Assembly (NCBI GenBank): GCA_023254815.1
Contig: JALRKI010000072.1
Coordinates: 1 to 44,698 of the forward strand
DNA: 44,698 nucleotides
From: Flavobacteriaceae bacterium
GTDB lineage: Bacteria > Bacteroidota > Bacteroidia > Flavobacteriales > Flavobacteriaceae
Reading direction: 5' to 3'
The stretch's first letter is position 1. Each line of letters starts with the position of its first letter. Shown one piece after another: positions 1 to 9,765 of this stretch. The notes beneath the pieces are model-generated. The model was given only the letters and a program-made list of their open reading frames with translations, made no database searches and was not told the origin of the DNA. Both the position numbers and the translations under genes were made by a program.

Positions 1-752
1 GCAGCGCCAGCAAAAGGAGCATAGACTTGCATCGGAGCTGGATCAGAAGCATTGGCAGCCACAATAACGGTGTAGGCCAGTGCGCCTTTGTCTTCTAAAG
101 TTTTTGCAATTCCGGCCACTGTTGAGGCTTTTTGACCTATGGCGACATAAACACAGAAAACTGGCTCGCCGGCATCAAAAAACTCTTTCTGATTTAAAAT
201 GGTGTCAATACAAACTGTGGTTTTACCCGTTTGGCGGTCTCCAATAACTAGTTCTCGTTGTCCTCTTCCGACTGGAATCATAGCGTCAATAGACTTGATT
301 CCCGTTTGTAGTGGTTCATCTACAGGCTGGCGGAAAATAACGCCCGGAGCTTTGCGTTCCAAAGGCATTTCGTACAATTTACCTCCAATTGGACCCTTTC
401 CGTCGATGGGATTTCCCAAGGTGTCGACAACCCTTCCTACCATGTCGTCACCAACTTTGATTGACGCAATGCGTTCAGTACGCTTTACTGTAGCTCCTTC
501 TTTAATGGTTTGAGAAGGCCCTAACATGACTACACCAACATTGTCTTCCTCTAAGTTCAAAACAATACCTTCAAGGCCATTTCCAAAATCTACAAGTTCA
601 CCATATTGGGCGTTTGATAACCCATATACCCGGGCAATCCCGTCACCAATGGTCAAAACGGTTCCCACCTCATCTAGGGTGGCTCCCGAATGAACGCCGT
701 CTAATTGTTGTTTTAAAATTGCTGAAATTTCAGCCGGTTTAACGTTTGACAT
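1..752 (-). CDS. atpA: F1 ATP synthase alpha subunit, N-terminal ~250 codons (3' end runs off the window edge)
   Basis: Absent from the ORF track because it has no stop in the window. My reverse translation from the ATG at 752-750 gives [17 protein letters not shown]... and later ...[26 protein letters not shown] (Walker A, around 215-250). There is a 7-nt gap after atpH. Confidence 0.93.
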   Translation of the reverse strand, partial: MSNVKPAEISAILKQQLDGVHSGATLDEVGTVLTIGDGIARVYGLSNAQYGELVDFGNGLEGIVLNLEEDNVGVVMLGPSQTIKEGATVKRTERIASIKVGDDMVGRVVDTLGNPIDGKGPIGGKLYEMPLERKAPGVIFRQPVDEPLQTGIKSIDAMIPVGRGQRELVIGDRQTGKTTVCIDTILNQKEFFDAGEPVFCVYVAIGQKASTVAGIAKTLEDKGALAYTVIVAANASDPAPMQVYAPFAGA

Positions 753-759
753 GATTCTA

Positions 760-1296
760 TTATGATGTTAATAATACTCTTTCTAATTGGTTCAATTGAT
801 TGGTGATGCTTGCATCGTATTGTTGGTCCCCTATGCGTAAAACAAATCCTCCAACAATATTTGGATCAACCACTTGCTCTAGGTTTACAATTTTATTTGT
901 CAAGGCCTTGACCTTTGTCAAAACTTGCGCCTCCAAAGCTGGGGTCATTGGAACTGCTGTTGTGACGTGTGCTGTTATTTTACCCTGTGACAAATCAAAT
1001 GCAACCACATAGGCTTTGGCCACTTCCAACATCAAAGCCATTCGGTTATTGGTGTCCAGTAATTCAAACAACTTGACCGTAAGCGAATTGACTTCAGGAA
1101 ATCCCAATTTGAGAACTTTCAATTTTACACTTCCTTTGACAACAGCACTTACTAATAATTTCTCAAGGTCAGTGGAAGCCTGAACAGATTCTGAAATCAA
1201 CGCCATGTCGTCAAAAACTTCTTGAGCTACTTGCTGTTCTTGAGCAGCAATCAACAGAGCTTTGGCATATCTTAAAGCGGCGCGATTTCCTGACAT
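760..1296 (-). CDS. atpH: F1 ATP synthase delta (OSCP) subunit
   Basis: 178 aa. Sits between atpF and atpA. OSCP-like C-terminus ...[19 protein letters not shown] start verified. Confidence 0.85.
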   Translation of the reverse strand: MSGNRAALRYAKALLIAAQEQQVAQEVFDDMALISESVQASTDLEKLLVSAVVKGSVKLKVLKLGFPEVNSLTVKLFELLDTNNRMALMLEVAKAYVVAFDLSQGKITAHVTTAVPMTPALEAQVLTKVKALTNKIVNLEQVVDPNIVGGFVLRIGDQQYDASITNQLNQLERVLLTS

Positions 1297-1298
1297 TT

Positions 1299-1799
1299 TT
1301 AATTAATTTTGGCGTCTTTTAGTAACGATTCAACTAAGGCCGTTTGTTTTTGTTCGTTAGCCAACTCAGACTTTAACACTTTTTCGGCAATATCTATAGA
1401 CAACAAAGCCACTTGAGACTTTAATTCAGCAATCGCCGCATGCTTTTCGGAAATGATGGCTTGCTGTGCTTGTTGCATTAATTTTGTGGCTTCATCTCTT
1501 GCCTCGTCTTTGGCCTCCTCAATCATCCTATTTTTCATGTCGCGGGCCTCCTTCAACATGGCATCTCTTTCTAAACGAGCCTCCTTTAATAACTTCTCGT
1601 TATCGGCTTGAAGATTTTCCATTTCAAGCTTGGCCTTTTCTGCCGACTCTAGGGCAGATTTGATGCCTTGTTCGCGTTCGTCGACAGCCTCAAGAATGGG
1701 CTTCCAGGCGAATTTTTTTAACAAAAACAATAGAATGACAAAAGCAAGCGATTGCCATACAAACAGGCCGAGCGAAAATTCTTCTAATAGCTTTTCCAT
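1299..1799 (-). CDS. atpF: Fo ATP synthase subunit b
   Basis: 166 aa with one N-terminal TM helix followed by a long charged helix (E/K/A-rich). Lies 2 nt upstream of atpH. Confidence 0.85.
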   Translation of the reverse strand: MEKLLEEFSLGLFVWQSLAFVILLFLLKKFAWKPILEAVDEREQGIKSALESAEKAKLEMENLQADNEKLLKEARLERDAMLKEARDMKNRMIEEAKDEARDEATKLMQQAQQAIISEKHAAIAELKSQVALLSIDIAEKVLKSELANEQKQTALVESLLKDAKIN

Positions 1800-1825
1800 A
1801 ATCTAAACTTTAATTGCTTCAATTT

Positions 1826-1868
1826 TTAATAAAAAACAATCTTGCAGCCAACCGCTACAAGATTGTTT
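1826..1868 (-). terminator. Intercistronic intrinsic-terminator-like hairpin between atpE and atpF (partial terminator or attenuator)
   Basis: Perfect 11-bp arms: 1834-1844 AAACAATCTTG and 1858-1868 CAAGATTGTTT, with a 13-nt loop. On the minus strand the 3' arm runs into TTTTTTATTAA. The hairpin starts 9 nt after the atpE stop. Confidence 0.6.
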
Positions 1869-1877
1869 AAGCATTCA

Positions 1878-2069
1878 TTAAACAGCGAACAAGGCTGCGA
1901 AACCAATACCTTCAATAAGGGCAGCTGCAATAAGCATAGCAGTTTGAATTTTTCCATAAGCTTCAGGCTGACGCGCAATAGCTTCCATTGCGGAACCACC
2001 GATACGACCGATGCCCATACCTACTCCAATTACTACTAAACCTGCACCTACAATTGCTGGAATTTCCAT
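1878..2069 (-). CDS. atpE: Fo ATP synthase subunit c
   Basis: 63 aa hairpin proteolipid with the ...MEAIARQPEA... loop and a carboxylate in the second helix (AALIEGIGF). Confidence 0.9.
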   Translation of the reverse strand: MEIPAIVGAGLVVIGVGMGIGRIGGSAMEAIARQPEAYGKIQTAMLIAAALIEGIGFAALFAV

Positions 2070-2105
2070 GATATATATATTAAAAATTAAACATTCAACT
2101 TACTT

Positions 2106-3182
2106 CTAATGCGCTTCGTCGTGATGTTCTTCTACTGCAAATCCAAAATACAAGGCCGACAGCATTGTAAAAATATAGGCTTGCAACAAGGCCACCAGTA
2201 CTTCTATCAATGAAATGGCAAACGCCAATCCAAACGACAGTGAACTTCCCAGCCAGCTTTTGAAAATGAACATCAGTCCAATCAAACTCATTAACACAAT
2301 GTGACCCGCTTGCATGTTGGCATACAAACGAATTAAGAGCGAAAATGGTTTGATAAATACCCCTAACAATTCAATAGGGGCTAAAATAATTTTCATTGGT
2401 ACCGGAACTCCCGGCATCCAAAAAATATGTTTCCAGTAGTTTTTATTACCGGTAAAATTAGTAATCAAAAAAGTCAAGAGAGCTAATGAAAAAGTAATTG
2501 CAATGTTTCCTGTAACATTGACTCCCAGGGGTGTTAGGCCAAAAATATTCAAGAACCAAATAAAGAAAAATATAGTCAACAAATAGCTCATGTAACGCTT
2601 ATAGTGTTTTTGGCCAATGTTGGGGATGGCAATATCGTCTCTAATGTATAAGACAATTGGTTCAAAAAAACGACCAGCTCCTTTTGCAATACTGCCGTTT
2701 GACGCATAGGATCGGGCCAAGTTTCTAAACAAGAAAAACATGAGCGCTCCAGTAATCAAAATCATGACTACGCTTTTGGTGATTGAAAAATCTAAAGGTT
2801 TGGCATTTTTCGGGTGATGATGCTCGTCGTAGTTGATTGTACCCTTCTCGTCTGTCTTGTATATTTTGTTATGCTCGATGGCATAAAAATTACCATCTAC
2901 CTCGGCCACGGTTTCGCCATGATGAAATTTAGACGAAGAGAAAACCTTTAGTCCATTGTCCCAAAGAATAATTGGTAAAGAAAAACCGATATATTGGTGT
3001 TGACCTTGATCGTCAGTGTATGAGGTAATACTAAAGTCGTAGGAGTCTTTAAGGTGATGGTTGATATAGGCTTTAATTTCAGTCTTTTTGTCTGTTCCTG
3101 AAGGTTCTGTCGACGCAGTTAGAATGGAAGTAAATCCTAGGAAAATGCTCAAAAAAAGATTGTACTTGAATGCTCTATCCAT
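2106..3182 (-). CDS. atpB: Fo ATP synthase subunit a, with the long N-terminal extension typical of Bacteroidota
   Basis: 358 aa. Conserved LIRLYANMQAGH motif (essential Arg) and multiple TM helices. ATG at 3182-3180. Confidence 0.9.
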   Translation of the reverse strand: MDRAFKYNLFLSIFLGFTSILTASTEPSGTDKKTEIKAYINHHLKDSYDFSITSYTDDQGQHQYIGFSLPIILWDNGLKVFSSSKFHHGETVAEVDGNFYAIEHNKIYKTDEKGTINYDEHHHPKNAKPLDFSITKSVVMILITGALMFFLFRNLARSYASNGSIAKGAGRFFEPIVLYIRDDIAIPNIGQKHYKRYMSYLLTIFFFIWFLNIFGLTPLGVNVTGNIAITFSLALLTFLITNFTGNKNYWKHIFWMPGVPVPMKIILAPIELLGVFIKPFSLLIRLYANMQAGHIVLMSLIGLMFIFKSWLGSSLSFGLAFAISLIEVLVALLQAYIFTMLSALYFGFAVEEHHDEAH

Positions 3183-3187
3183 TATGC

Positions 3188-3211
3188 GCGATTTCGACTG
3201 CTTTAAATCGC
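3188..3211 (-). promoter_or_regulatory. 7-bp hairpin or inverted repeat ending 5 nt upstream of the atpB start codon
   Basis: GCGATTT (3188-3194) and AAATCGC (3205-3211) with a 10-nt loop and no U-tract. Overlaps the predicted transcription start of the adjacent promoter. Confidence 0.25.
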
Positions 3212-3213
3212 TG

Positions 3214-3242
3214 CAAAGGTATGGTTTTATGAATTAAACAAA
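3214..3242 (-). promoter_or_regulatory. Candidate Bacteroidetes-type promoter for atpBEFHA (TTTG-N17-TACCTTTG)
   Basis: On the minus strand: TTTG (3242-3239), a 17-nt spacer, then TACCTTTG (3221-3214), 31 nt upstream of the atpB ATG. Matches the -33 TTTG / -7 TAnnTTTG consensus. Confidence 0.4.
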
Positions 3243-3306
3243 AAAGAATATTTCTGCTTTATTTTACATTGATTTTGCCGCTATTTTTCGTGCCAAAACC
3301 TTAGAA

Positions 3307-3831
3307 TTACATACGCTCGAACTCGAGAGTCAGCAATACATCGCCCTGCAAATCCATTGGAATCATAAGTTGTTCGAAAGGGACTACAGCCGAAATCACC
3401 AAATTGGCTTCAGTCAAAACATCTATAGTGAAAATTGTGATTTCTCCTTGAAATTCTGTAGTAAAAAGATCTCCAATTTTTGACCACAACGATACCCCTC
3501 CCATAGTGTTTCCAGAGATCATATAATCTCCGGAGGATTCCGAGTCGCTCAGGGTGCAAAGCACCCCATAGACGCCTTCTGTGATAAGTTGATTTGGGTT
3601 TTCTTGAATGTTAAAAGAAAAGTCTTCATCATACCCTACGGATATTAGATTGACAGGCTGATCGAGGTTCTGTTCAAAGATTAAGGAAGTGCCAGAAAAA
3701 CTAATGTCAACTCCATTCCATAGGCCAACGATACTCGGTTCTGGCAATTTTTGGGGTGTAACAGAATCGTCGTTGCAACTAAGAACCGACAGCACGGTCA
3801 AGACGAAGAAAGTCTTAAAATATGCTTTCAT
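3307..3831 (-). CDS. Small lipoprotein, lipocalin-like (function unknown)
   Basis: Lipobox ...LSVLSC-NDD, then a beta-rich sequence with a GLWNG motif. The track ORF begins at a TTG (3837); I use the ATG two codons downstream (3831). Confidence 0.6.
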   Translation of the reverse strand: MKAYFKTFFVLTVLSVLSCNDDSVTPQKLPEPSIVGLWNGVDISFSGTSLIFEQNLDQPVNLISVGYDEDFSFNIQENPNQLITEGVYGVLCTLSDSESSGDYMISGNTMGGVSLWSKIGDLFTTEFQGEITIFTIDVLTEANLVISAVVPFEQLMIPMDLQGDVLLTLEFERM

Positions 3832-3896
3832 AAGCAAGAATTTTTATAACACCCCAGTAAGGAAAAACAAACATTCATTGAACTTGAAATAGAATT

Positions 3897-4292
3897 TTAC
3901 TTACTCAAAAATCGCACCAAAGACTTTGTTTCTATAAATAAAGCCATCAAATATGGGATAATAAACCCTGTGCTTTCGAGAGCAGAAATCTGACCATCAA
4001 GTAAATATTGAGGTCGAAATAGCACAAAAAAGACAGCGATTTTTAGCGTGCTGCCTGCTAGAAAAAGAAATCCTATTTGATTTTTAACGACTTTCTGAAA
4101 TCTTGTGATAAGTGCAACAATGGACCAAGCAAGTAAAAGGTTCACCGGATATGTTTGAAACAACAGTGCTTCCGAGTGTTCGACGCCAATAAAAACGAGC
4201 ACTAGCCAATGAATGCCAAAGGCAACGCCCATTAATGAAAATAGTTGGATCGAAAATTGCCCTATCCGTTGACTCTGCTCATTTTTGCTCAT
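3897..4292 (-). CDS. Small 4-TM membrane protein of the atp leader module (DUF6168-like from memory)
   Basis: Trimmed to MSKNEQSQRIG... (ATG 4292-4290), which forms an ATGA overlap with the AtpZ stop. Hydrophobic throughout. Confidence 0.55.
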   Translation of the reverse strand: MSKNEQSQRIGQFSIQLFSLMGVAFGIHWLVLVFIGVEHSEALLFQTYPVNLLLAWSIVALITRFQKVVKNQIGFLFLAGSTLKIAVFFVLFRPQYLLDGQISALESTGFIIPYLMALFIETKSLVRFLSK

Positions 4293-4525
4293 GAATGAAA
4301 TTGTTTCAATTGTCGCAATAAAAAGTAGAAAGAAACGATAATGCCGACCAAGCAACAAATAACGACAAAAAGTTTGTGTTGATTATTATAGTGTGAGTCT
4401 AACCAAAGTCCCAATTTAACAAACAAGAAAATGGTCAGTCCCATTTGGCCGCTAAAAGCAGTCAAAATCAGCGCTTTGTTAAGCTGTTTTCTCGTCTTTT
4501 TGGGGTGACGAGACTCCTTGTTCAT
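4289..4525 (-). CDS. AtpZ/AtpI-family small membrane protein
   Basis: 78 aa with a basic N-terminus and two TM helices (...ALILTAFSGQMGLTIFLF...WLD...). Positioned upstream of the atp genes. Confidence 0.7.
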   Translation of the reverse strand: MNKESRHPKKTRKQLNKALILTAFSGQMGLTIFLFVKLGLWLDSHYNNQHKLFVVICCLVGIIVSFYFLLRQLKQFHS

Positions 4526-4904
4526 TGCCTAAAGATTTAATTGCCCCTCTCATACTACAATTTGCATTGAAAGTTGCCCCAGGTTCTACTGACAATTTTC
4601 CAATCATCACTTCACCTTCAATATGAGCGGTGTCTTTCAACACCAAAGTTCCCGTTAATTCGATTTTTCCTGAAAACTTTCCTTCAATGTCTGCGTTGGC
4701 TCCTTTGAGCTGACCCTTTATAGACCCAGTTTTACCAACCACAATTTTGCCTTGTGTTGACAAATTGCCTTCAAGAATCCCGTCGATTCTTATAGGAGAA
4801 TTTGAGGTGATATTGCCAATAACCTTAGTGTCTTGAGAAATGACATTTTGTTGAGTAGTGTTTGAATTCAATCCCATGTTCTGAAATTTAGATTTTGATA
4901 GCAT
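4479..4904 (-). CDS. Bactofilin (polymer-forming cytoskeletal protein)
   Basis: 141 aa with a repetitive beta-helix pattern: ...IRIDGILEGNLSTQGKIVVGKTGSIKGQLKGANADIEGKFSGKIELTGTLVLKDTAHIEGEVMIGKLSVEPGA. Its 3' end overlaps AtpZ by 47 nt in another frame. Confidence 0.8.
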   Translation of the reverse strand: MLSKSKFQNMGLNSNTTQQNVISQDTKVIGNITSNSPIRIDGILEGNLSTQGKIVVGKTGSIKGQLKGANADIEGKFSGKIELTGTLVLKDTAHIEGEVMIGKLSVEPGATFNANCSMRGAIKSLGNEQGVSSPQKDEKTA

Positions 4905-4907
4905 CTT

Positions 4908-7421
4908 TTAATGTTGTTCTAAATATTTTTCAAGGTTCTTATGCACTTGCACAATTTGGTAATTTTGAGATGAAATTGAAAAAAATTTTCGGTCAATTTT
5001 GATCTCAGAATCTTTCAAAATTTCGGCAAATCCTTGAGCGCCTTGAATGCTTTTTAATCCGTTTACCAAAACAAATGTAGTATTTTGATCGTAAAGTTCA
5101 ACAGATGTGCTCAAATTGAAGTACTTAACTTGATTTATTGCTCGGTTTAGTTGCTCGGTGAAAGCGTCAATTTCTTGTTGCTCAGAGCGAGAGAAGGTAA
5201 ATATTACTTTGAATTCGTTCGCCAAATTCTGATCTTCAAAATCTTGGTTTTCCAAGTCTGTAACGACAGTTTTGAGGAGTTCTGTGGCGTGTTTTCCCTC
5301 AACACTATTTGGATAGTTGACCGACAACTGCTGTAATCCCTTTTTATAGTATGACAAGCCAAACAGTCTTGCCCCGGCCGAGAGGCCCAGCATTTCAAAG
5401 CGCGGAACCATTGGGTCTCCATCAAAATTAAAAATGGCCTTTTCGCACCGTTCAATCACCTGTTCAAACTCTCCAGCCTCATAAGACTGATAAATTGTGT
5501 CATAGGTAAGCTGAGGACTATTTTCGGCTTCTGACAATGCGGTTTTTGGATTTAAAATCAACGACACAAATCTACTATCAGGATAATTCTTTAGGAGTTT
5601 AGATTTTATTTCTTCGGCCTGCAAGGTTTGGTTCGATTCTTCGTAAAGTCGAAACAAATGATAGGTGGCTGGTAAGGTCAAATTGTTTGTTGGTTCAATA
5701 AGCTCTAGCAAGGTTTCCAAACGGTTTTGGGCGATTGAAAACGCCTTAAATCGGTCTTTGTACAACAATCCCAATTGATACAAAGCTCTATTTCTGTCCA
5801 GAGTTAAACTTTCAATAACTACAGGATCTGTTGGAATTTGAGCCAGATAGGTTTCAACAGCATATCGTCCGCCATCTTCTTCCTTGTTTTCTTTCAATTC
5901 GACCACCTCGCCTTGAGGAATAGCCTTGGAGGGAGCCCACCTCCAATTATCTTCGAACTTGATACCTCCCCAAATAGACTCAAAAGTCGATTTACCGTAG
6001 GCTACTGTGTTGGTGTTATAAAAGTAAAATTTACTGGATGTAGATAGCGTGCTAGCGGAGGCATTGACATCTCTTAATTGCTCTCCAGCAGCCTTGTTTT
6101 TTTCGTCTTGACGTCTTAAATCCTCGACGAACTCCTTTACGAAAGCCCGCTGATCATTTAGAGACATGTTTGTCAATCTGATGATGCTGTCATTTTGAGT
6201 GAACTGATTTTCGTAGAAAATAACCTCATCTAAGTTGTCTCTTTTCCTCTTAACGGCGCGAAAAGGCTTGCTGTCTTGGGCTAATACCGTGAGTGTACTG
6301 TCAAAATAGGCTCCTGCTTCTCTAAAAAGGGCTTGATCGAAACTGATGTTGCCGATTGCTTCGTAATTCCGAGCCAGTAAAACAGCGTCGGAGGAAGGAA
6401 GTTTTAAGGATTCTTTATACAAATCCTTTGCCTGACCACTCAAGCCTTGCTTTTGTTTAATATTGGCCCAAACATGATAAATATTTCCCAAATAGGGACG
6501 ATTTTCTCTGTTTCTAAGAAGTTTTGTAAAGAACTCACCAGTGGTCACAGAGTCTTCAACCTGAGGATTACTGTTCGAATAGCGCTGCAACTGAGCCTGA
6601 ATCCACATGCCTCGAGGAATCTTTCTGTTCAATTCAACAACTTTTTCGAAGTAGAAATAGGCGCTGTCGTATTGATTGCTTTGCTCGTAGAGTTGTCCTT
6701 TGATATACCAATATCTCGCTTTCCGATTGTTTTGTTTGACAACCTTTGAAGCTTCATGAAGTGCTACCTGAGCGCTGTCCAAATAGTTCAGATTGATATA
6801 TGCTTGTGCCAGTGCTGCTTCTCCTTCAGCTCTCTCTTCATCTTGAAGTCGAACTGCCGTTAGAAGTCGTTTTAAATTTTTAACCGCTTGAGCCTCATTG
6901 TTCAACCTGATGTTAGTTTTTGCTCTCCAAATAAGAGCCATGTTAATTTTATCACTGGCAGGATATTTGGCCAAAATGTAGTTAAACGCCTCCAGGGCTG
7001 GAACAAACCTCTGATCGTAATAACGAGACTTCCCAAGCAACATATAGGCATCGTCCATCTGACTATTGTACTCCTTGCCCTTGACGTTAACACTGTGTTT
7101 TTGAACAGCCTTGATCGCCTTTTCTTCGGCCCTCAGAAAATTGCTGTTTTCGGATTCTCCGACTTTGATAGCGTCTTCATCGATTGTCAGCGGCTCAATA
7201 GGCAGTATGTTCCAGTAGTTTTCATTGTAAGCGCTGAACAAATGTTCAACTTCCCGATCTAAAGCCTCATTTCCGTGGAACAAGACGTTGTATTTAGCCG
7301 TTAATGCAAACATGTTGCGACTCAAAAAAGTATTTTTCTTTCGAGAACACCCAGCAAGAAAGAGCAGCATGGCACAAATAAATAAAAAGCGATACGTCTT
7401 ATTTTGAATCACAGGGGACAA
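4908..7421 (-). CDS. sprE: TPR-repeat lipoprotein, SprE/PorW-like (type IX secretion / gliding)
   Basis: 837 aa. Lipobox LLFLAGC-SRKKNTFLSRN...KYNVLFHGNEAL resembles flavobacterial SprE N-termini as I recall them. TPR-like helical repeats throughout. The start in the track is TTG (7421); a GTG at 7412 is an alternative. Confidence 0.55.
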   Translation of the reverse strand: MSPVIQNKTYRFLFICAMLLFLAGCSRKKNTFLSRNMFALTAKYNVLFHGNEALDREVEHLFSAYNENYWNILPIEPLTIDEDAIKVGESENSNFLRAEEKAIKAVQKHSVNVKGKEYNSQMDDAYMLLGKSRYYDQRFVPALEAFNYILAKYPASDKINMALIWRAKTNIRLNNEAQAVKNLKRLLTAVRLQDEERAEGEAALAQAYINLNYLDSAQVALHEASKVVKQNNRKARYWYIKGQLYEQSNQYDSAYFYFEKVVELNRKIPRGMWIQAQLQRYSNSNPQVEDSVTTGEFFTKLLRNRENRPYLGNIYHVWANIKQKQGLSGQAKDLYKESLKLPSSDAVLLARNYEAIGNISFDQALFREAGAYFDSTLTVLAQDSKPFRAVKRKRDNLDEVIFYENQFTQNDSIIRLTNMSLNDQRAFVKEFVEDLRRQDEKNKAAGEQLRDVNASASTLSTSSKFYFYNTNTVAYGKSTFESIWGGIKFEDNWRWAPSKAIPQGEVVELKENKEEDGGRYAVETYLAQIPTDPVVIESLTLDRNRALYQLGLLYKDRFKAFSIAQNRLETLLELIEPTNNLTLPATYHLFRLYEESNQTLQAEEIKSKLLKNYPDSRFVSLILNPKTALSEAENSPQLTYDTIYQSYEAGEFEQVIERCEKAIFNFDGDPMVPRFEMLGLSAGARLFGLSYYKKGLQQLSVNYPNSVEGKHATELLKTVVTDLENQDFEDQNLANEFKVIFTFSRSEQQEIDAFTEQLNRAINQVKYFNLSTSVELYDQNTTFVLVNGLKSIQGAQGFAEILKDSEIKIDRKFFSISSQNYQIVQVHKNLEKYLEQH

Positions 7422-7631
7422 ATTGTTTCAATAGTATAACTGTAAAACTAGGCATTTATGATAGAGCACGTGAAAATAACAGTATTTTTTAATTCCCTTC
7501 GAGTTAACTTGAGTAAAGTTCTGAAATTTATTAATTCTTAAATAGTTTATAATATTCATGAAACGAATTTTCTTATCAACACAAACTTTATACCTCTAAT
7601 AAAACTGCTATATTGCAGTAAAATATTTGCC

Positions 7632-9758
7632 ATGAAACCTTTATTCACACTTAGCCTATTGATTTTATTGAGTTCTTGTAAGACCACCCCACCAGCACCC
7701 GTTTATCCCGAAACGACTAAAATACCCGTTTCGGAGACGCATTTTGGGACAGAGGTTGTCGACAACTACCGTTGGCTAGAAGACGACAACAGTAAGGAAA
7801 CCGCGGAGTGGGTGAAAGCCCAAAATGTGGTGACTTTTGATTACCTCAATCGCATTCCCTTCCGTTCTCAATTGAAAGATCGACTAGAAAAACTTTGGAA
7901 TTACGAAAAAATTGGTTCGCCTTTCAAAGAAGGTGAAAATACCTATTACTATAAAAATAACGGCCTTCAAAATCAATTTGTATTGTATCAAGTTGACCTC
8001 AACGGCAACACTTCAGTTTTTCTAGATCCAAATAAATTTTCGGAAGATGGCACCGTTTCTCTTGGAGAAATGAGTTTTACCAAAGATGGCGGCAAAGTTG
8101 CCTATTCCATCAGCGAAGGAGGAAGCGATTGGCGGAAAGTAATAGTGCTCGACGTTAAGACCAAAACGGTTGTTGAAGACACTCTGGTTGACGTAAAATT
8201 CAGTGGAATCTCATGGAAGAAAAACGAAGGATTCTTCTATTCCAGCTATGACAAACCTAAGGGCAGTGAACTGTCTGAAATGACCGATCAGCATAAATTA
8301 TATTATCATAAACTAGGCACCCCTCAAAAACAGGACGAATTGGTTTTTGGCGGCACGGCTGCTGAAAAACACCGTTATGTTGGTGGCAGCGTCAGCGATG
8401 ATGGCCGATATTTATTTATTTCTGGCGCAAAATCAACTTCAGGAAATGTGTTGTTTTTAAAAGACCTTGACAATCCCTCAAGCCCTTTGGTAAAAATTGA
8501 TGAAGATTACAGCAGCGACAGTTATGTTTTGGATACTGATGGCGATTTGATCTACTTGGTTACAAACAAGAATGCGCCAAACCAGAAGGTGGTCACTACA
8601 ATGGCATCAAGCCCTCAGGAGTCCAACTGGAAAGACTTTATTCCCGAAACCGAAAATGTGCTCTCGCCAAGCAGTGGTAGCGGTTATTTCTTTGCCACCT
8701 ACATGATAGATGCTACTTCAAAAGTATTTCAGTTTGATAAAAACGGCAACAACTTAGGGGAAATCAAACTCCCAGGTGTTGGTTCGGCCGGAGGATGGTC
8801 TGGCAAAAAGGATGATGAGGTTTTGTATTACAGTTTTACGAATTACCACACTCCTGGAGTCATCTATTCCTACAACCCTAAAGAAAGAACTTCTTCTAAA
8901 TATTGGTCTCCCGCCATTGATTTCAATTCCGATGATTACGTTTCCTCCCAAGTATTTTACCCCTCTAAGGATGGAACCAAAATACCCATGATAATTACTC
9001 ACAAAAAGGGACTAGAATACAACGGCAATAATCCTACAATTCTTTACGGCTATGGTGGATTTAACATCAGCCTAACGCCATCATTTAGTCCTCAAAATGC
9101 TGTTTGGATGGAGCTTGGAGGAGTTTATGCGGTGCCAAATTTACGCGGAGGCGGAGAGTACGGAAAAGCGTGGCACACCGCTGGGACTCAAATGAAAAAA
9201 CAAAATGTGTTTGACGATTTCATTGCTGCCGCCGAATATTTGATTGCTAACAAAGTTACTTCCACTGACTATTTGGCCATACAAGGTGGGAGTAATGGAG
9301 GATTGTTAGTTGGCGCCACCATGACACAACGCCCCGACTTGATGAAAGTTGCGCTTCCTGCCGTTGGGGTTTTAGACATGTTGCGCTATCACACCTTTAC
9401 TGCCGGTGCTGGATGGGCCTATGATTATGGTACCGCCGACGATTCAAAAGAAATGTTTGACTATCTGCTTGGCTATTCCCCTGTTCAGAACGTCCGGATA
9501 GGAACGAACTATCCCGCTACATTGATTACAACGGGTGACCATGACGATAGAGTGGTGCCTGCCCATTCCTTCAAATTCGCAGCAGAGCTACAAGACAAGC
9601 AAAGTGGAAACAATCCTGTGTTGATTAGAATCGAAACAAACGCAGGTCATGGTGCTGGAACACCTATTTCAAAGCGACTGGAACAAGCCGCGGATATTTT
9701 TGGGTTCACCTTGTTCAATATGGGGTGGGAGGCCTTGCCAAAAGCGACCCGTAAGTAA
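7632..9758 (+). CDS. Prolyl oligopeptidase (S9A family), lipoprotein or secreted
   Basis: 708 aa. N-terminal LLSSC signal, a beta-propeller region, a catalytic GGSNGG nucleophile elbow, and C-terminal D...H residues (GDHDDRV, NAGHGAG). Confidence 0.9.
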   Translation: MKPLFTLSLLILLSSCKTTPPAPVYPETTKIPVSETHFGTEVVDNYRWLEDDNSKETAEWVKAQNVVTFDYLNRIPFRSQLKDRLEKLWNYEKIGSPFKEGENTYYYKNNGLQNQFVLYQVDLNGNTSVFLDPNKFSEDGTVSLGEMSFTKDGGKVAYSISEGGSDWRKVIVLDVKTKTVVEDTLVDVKFSGISWKKNEGFFYSSYDKPKGSELSEMTDQHKLYYHKLGTPQKQDELVFGGTAAEKHRYVGGSVSDDGRYLFISGAKSTSGNVLFLKDLDNPSSPLVKIDEDYSSDSYVLDTDGDLIYLVTNKNAPNQKVVTTMASSPQESNWKDFIPETENVLSPSSGSGYFFATYMIDATSKVFQFDKNGNNLGEIKLPGVGSAGGWSGKKDDEVLYYSFTNYHTPGVIYSYNPKERTSSKYWSPAIDFNSDDYVSSQVFYPSKDGTKIPMIITHKKGLEYNGNNPTILYGYGGFNISLTPSFSPQNAVWMELGGVYAVPNLRGGGEYGKAWHTAGTQMKKQNVFDDFIAAAEYLIANKVTSTDYLAIQGGSNGGLLVGATMTQRPDLMKVALPAVGVLDMLRYHTFTAGAGWAYDYGTADDSKEMFDYLLGYSPVQNVRIGTNYPATLITTGDHDDRVVPAHSFKFAAELQDKQSGNNPVLIRIETNAGHGAGTPISKRLEQAADIFGFTLFNMGWEALPKATRK

Positions 9759-9765
9759 AAAAATA

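Noticed and set aside
199-513. 104-aa plus-strand ORF in the first 750 nt.
   Set aside because: It is a shadow ORF antisense to atpA. The minus strand translates into an unmistakable ATP synthase alpha N-terminus with a Walker A motif.
4479-4525. The 47-nt bactofilin/atpZ overlap, considered as a frameshift artefact or pseudogene.
   Set aside because: Both reading frames are intact, with recognisable full-length family features. AtpZ needs its first ATG to retain the basic N-terminus and first TM helix. I treat it as a genuine overlap.
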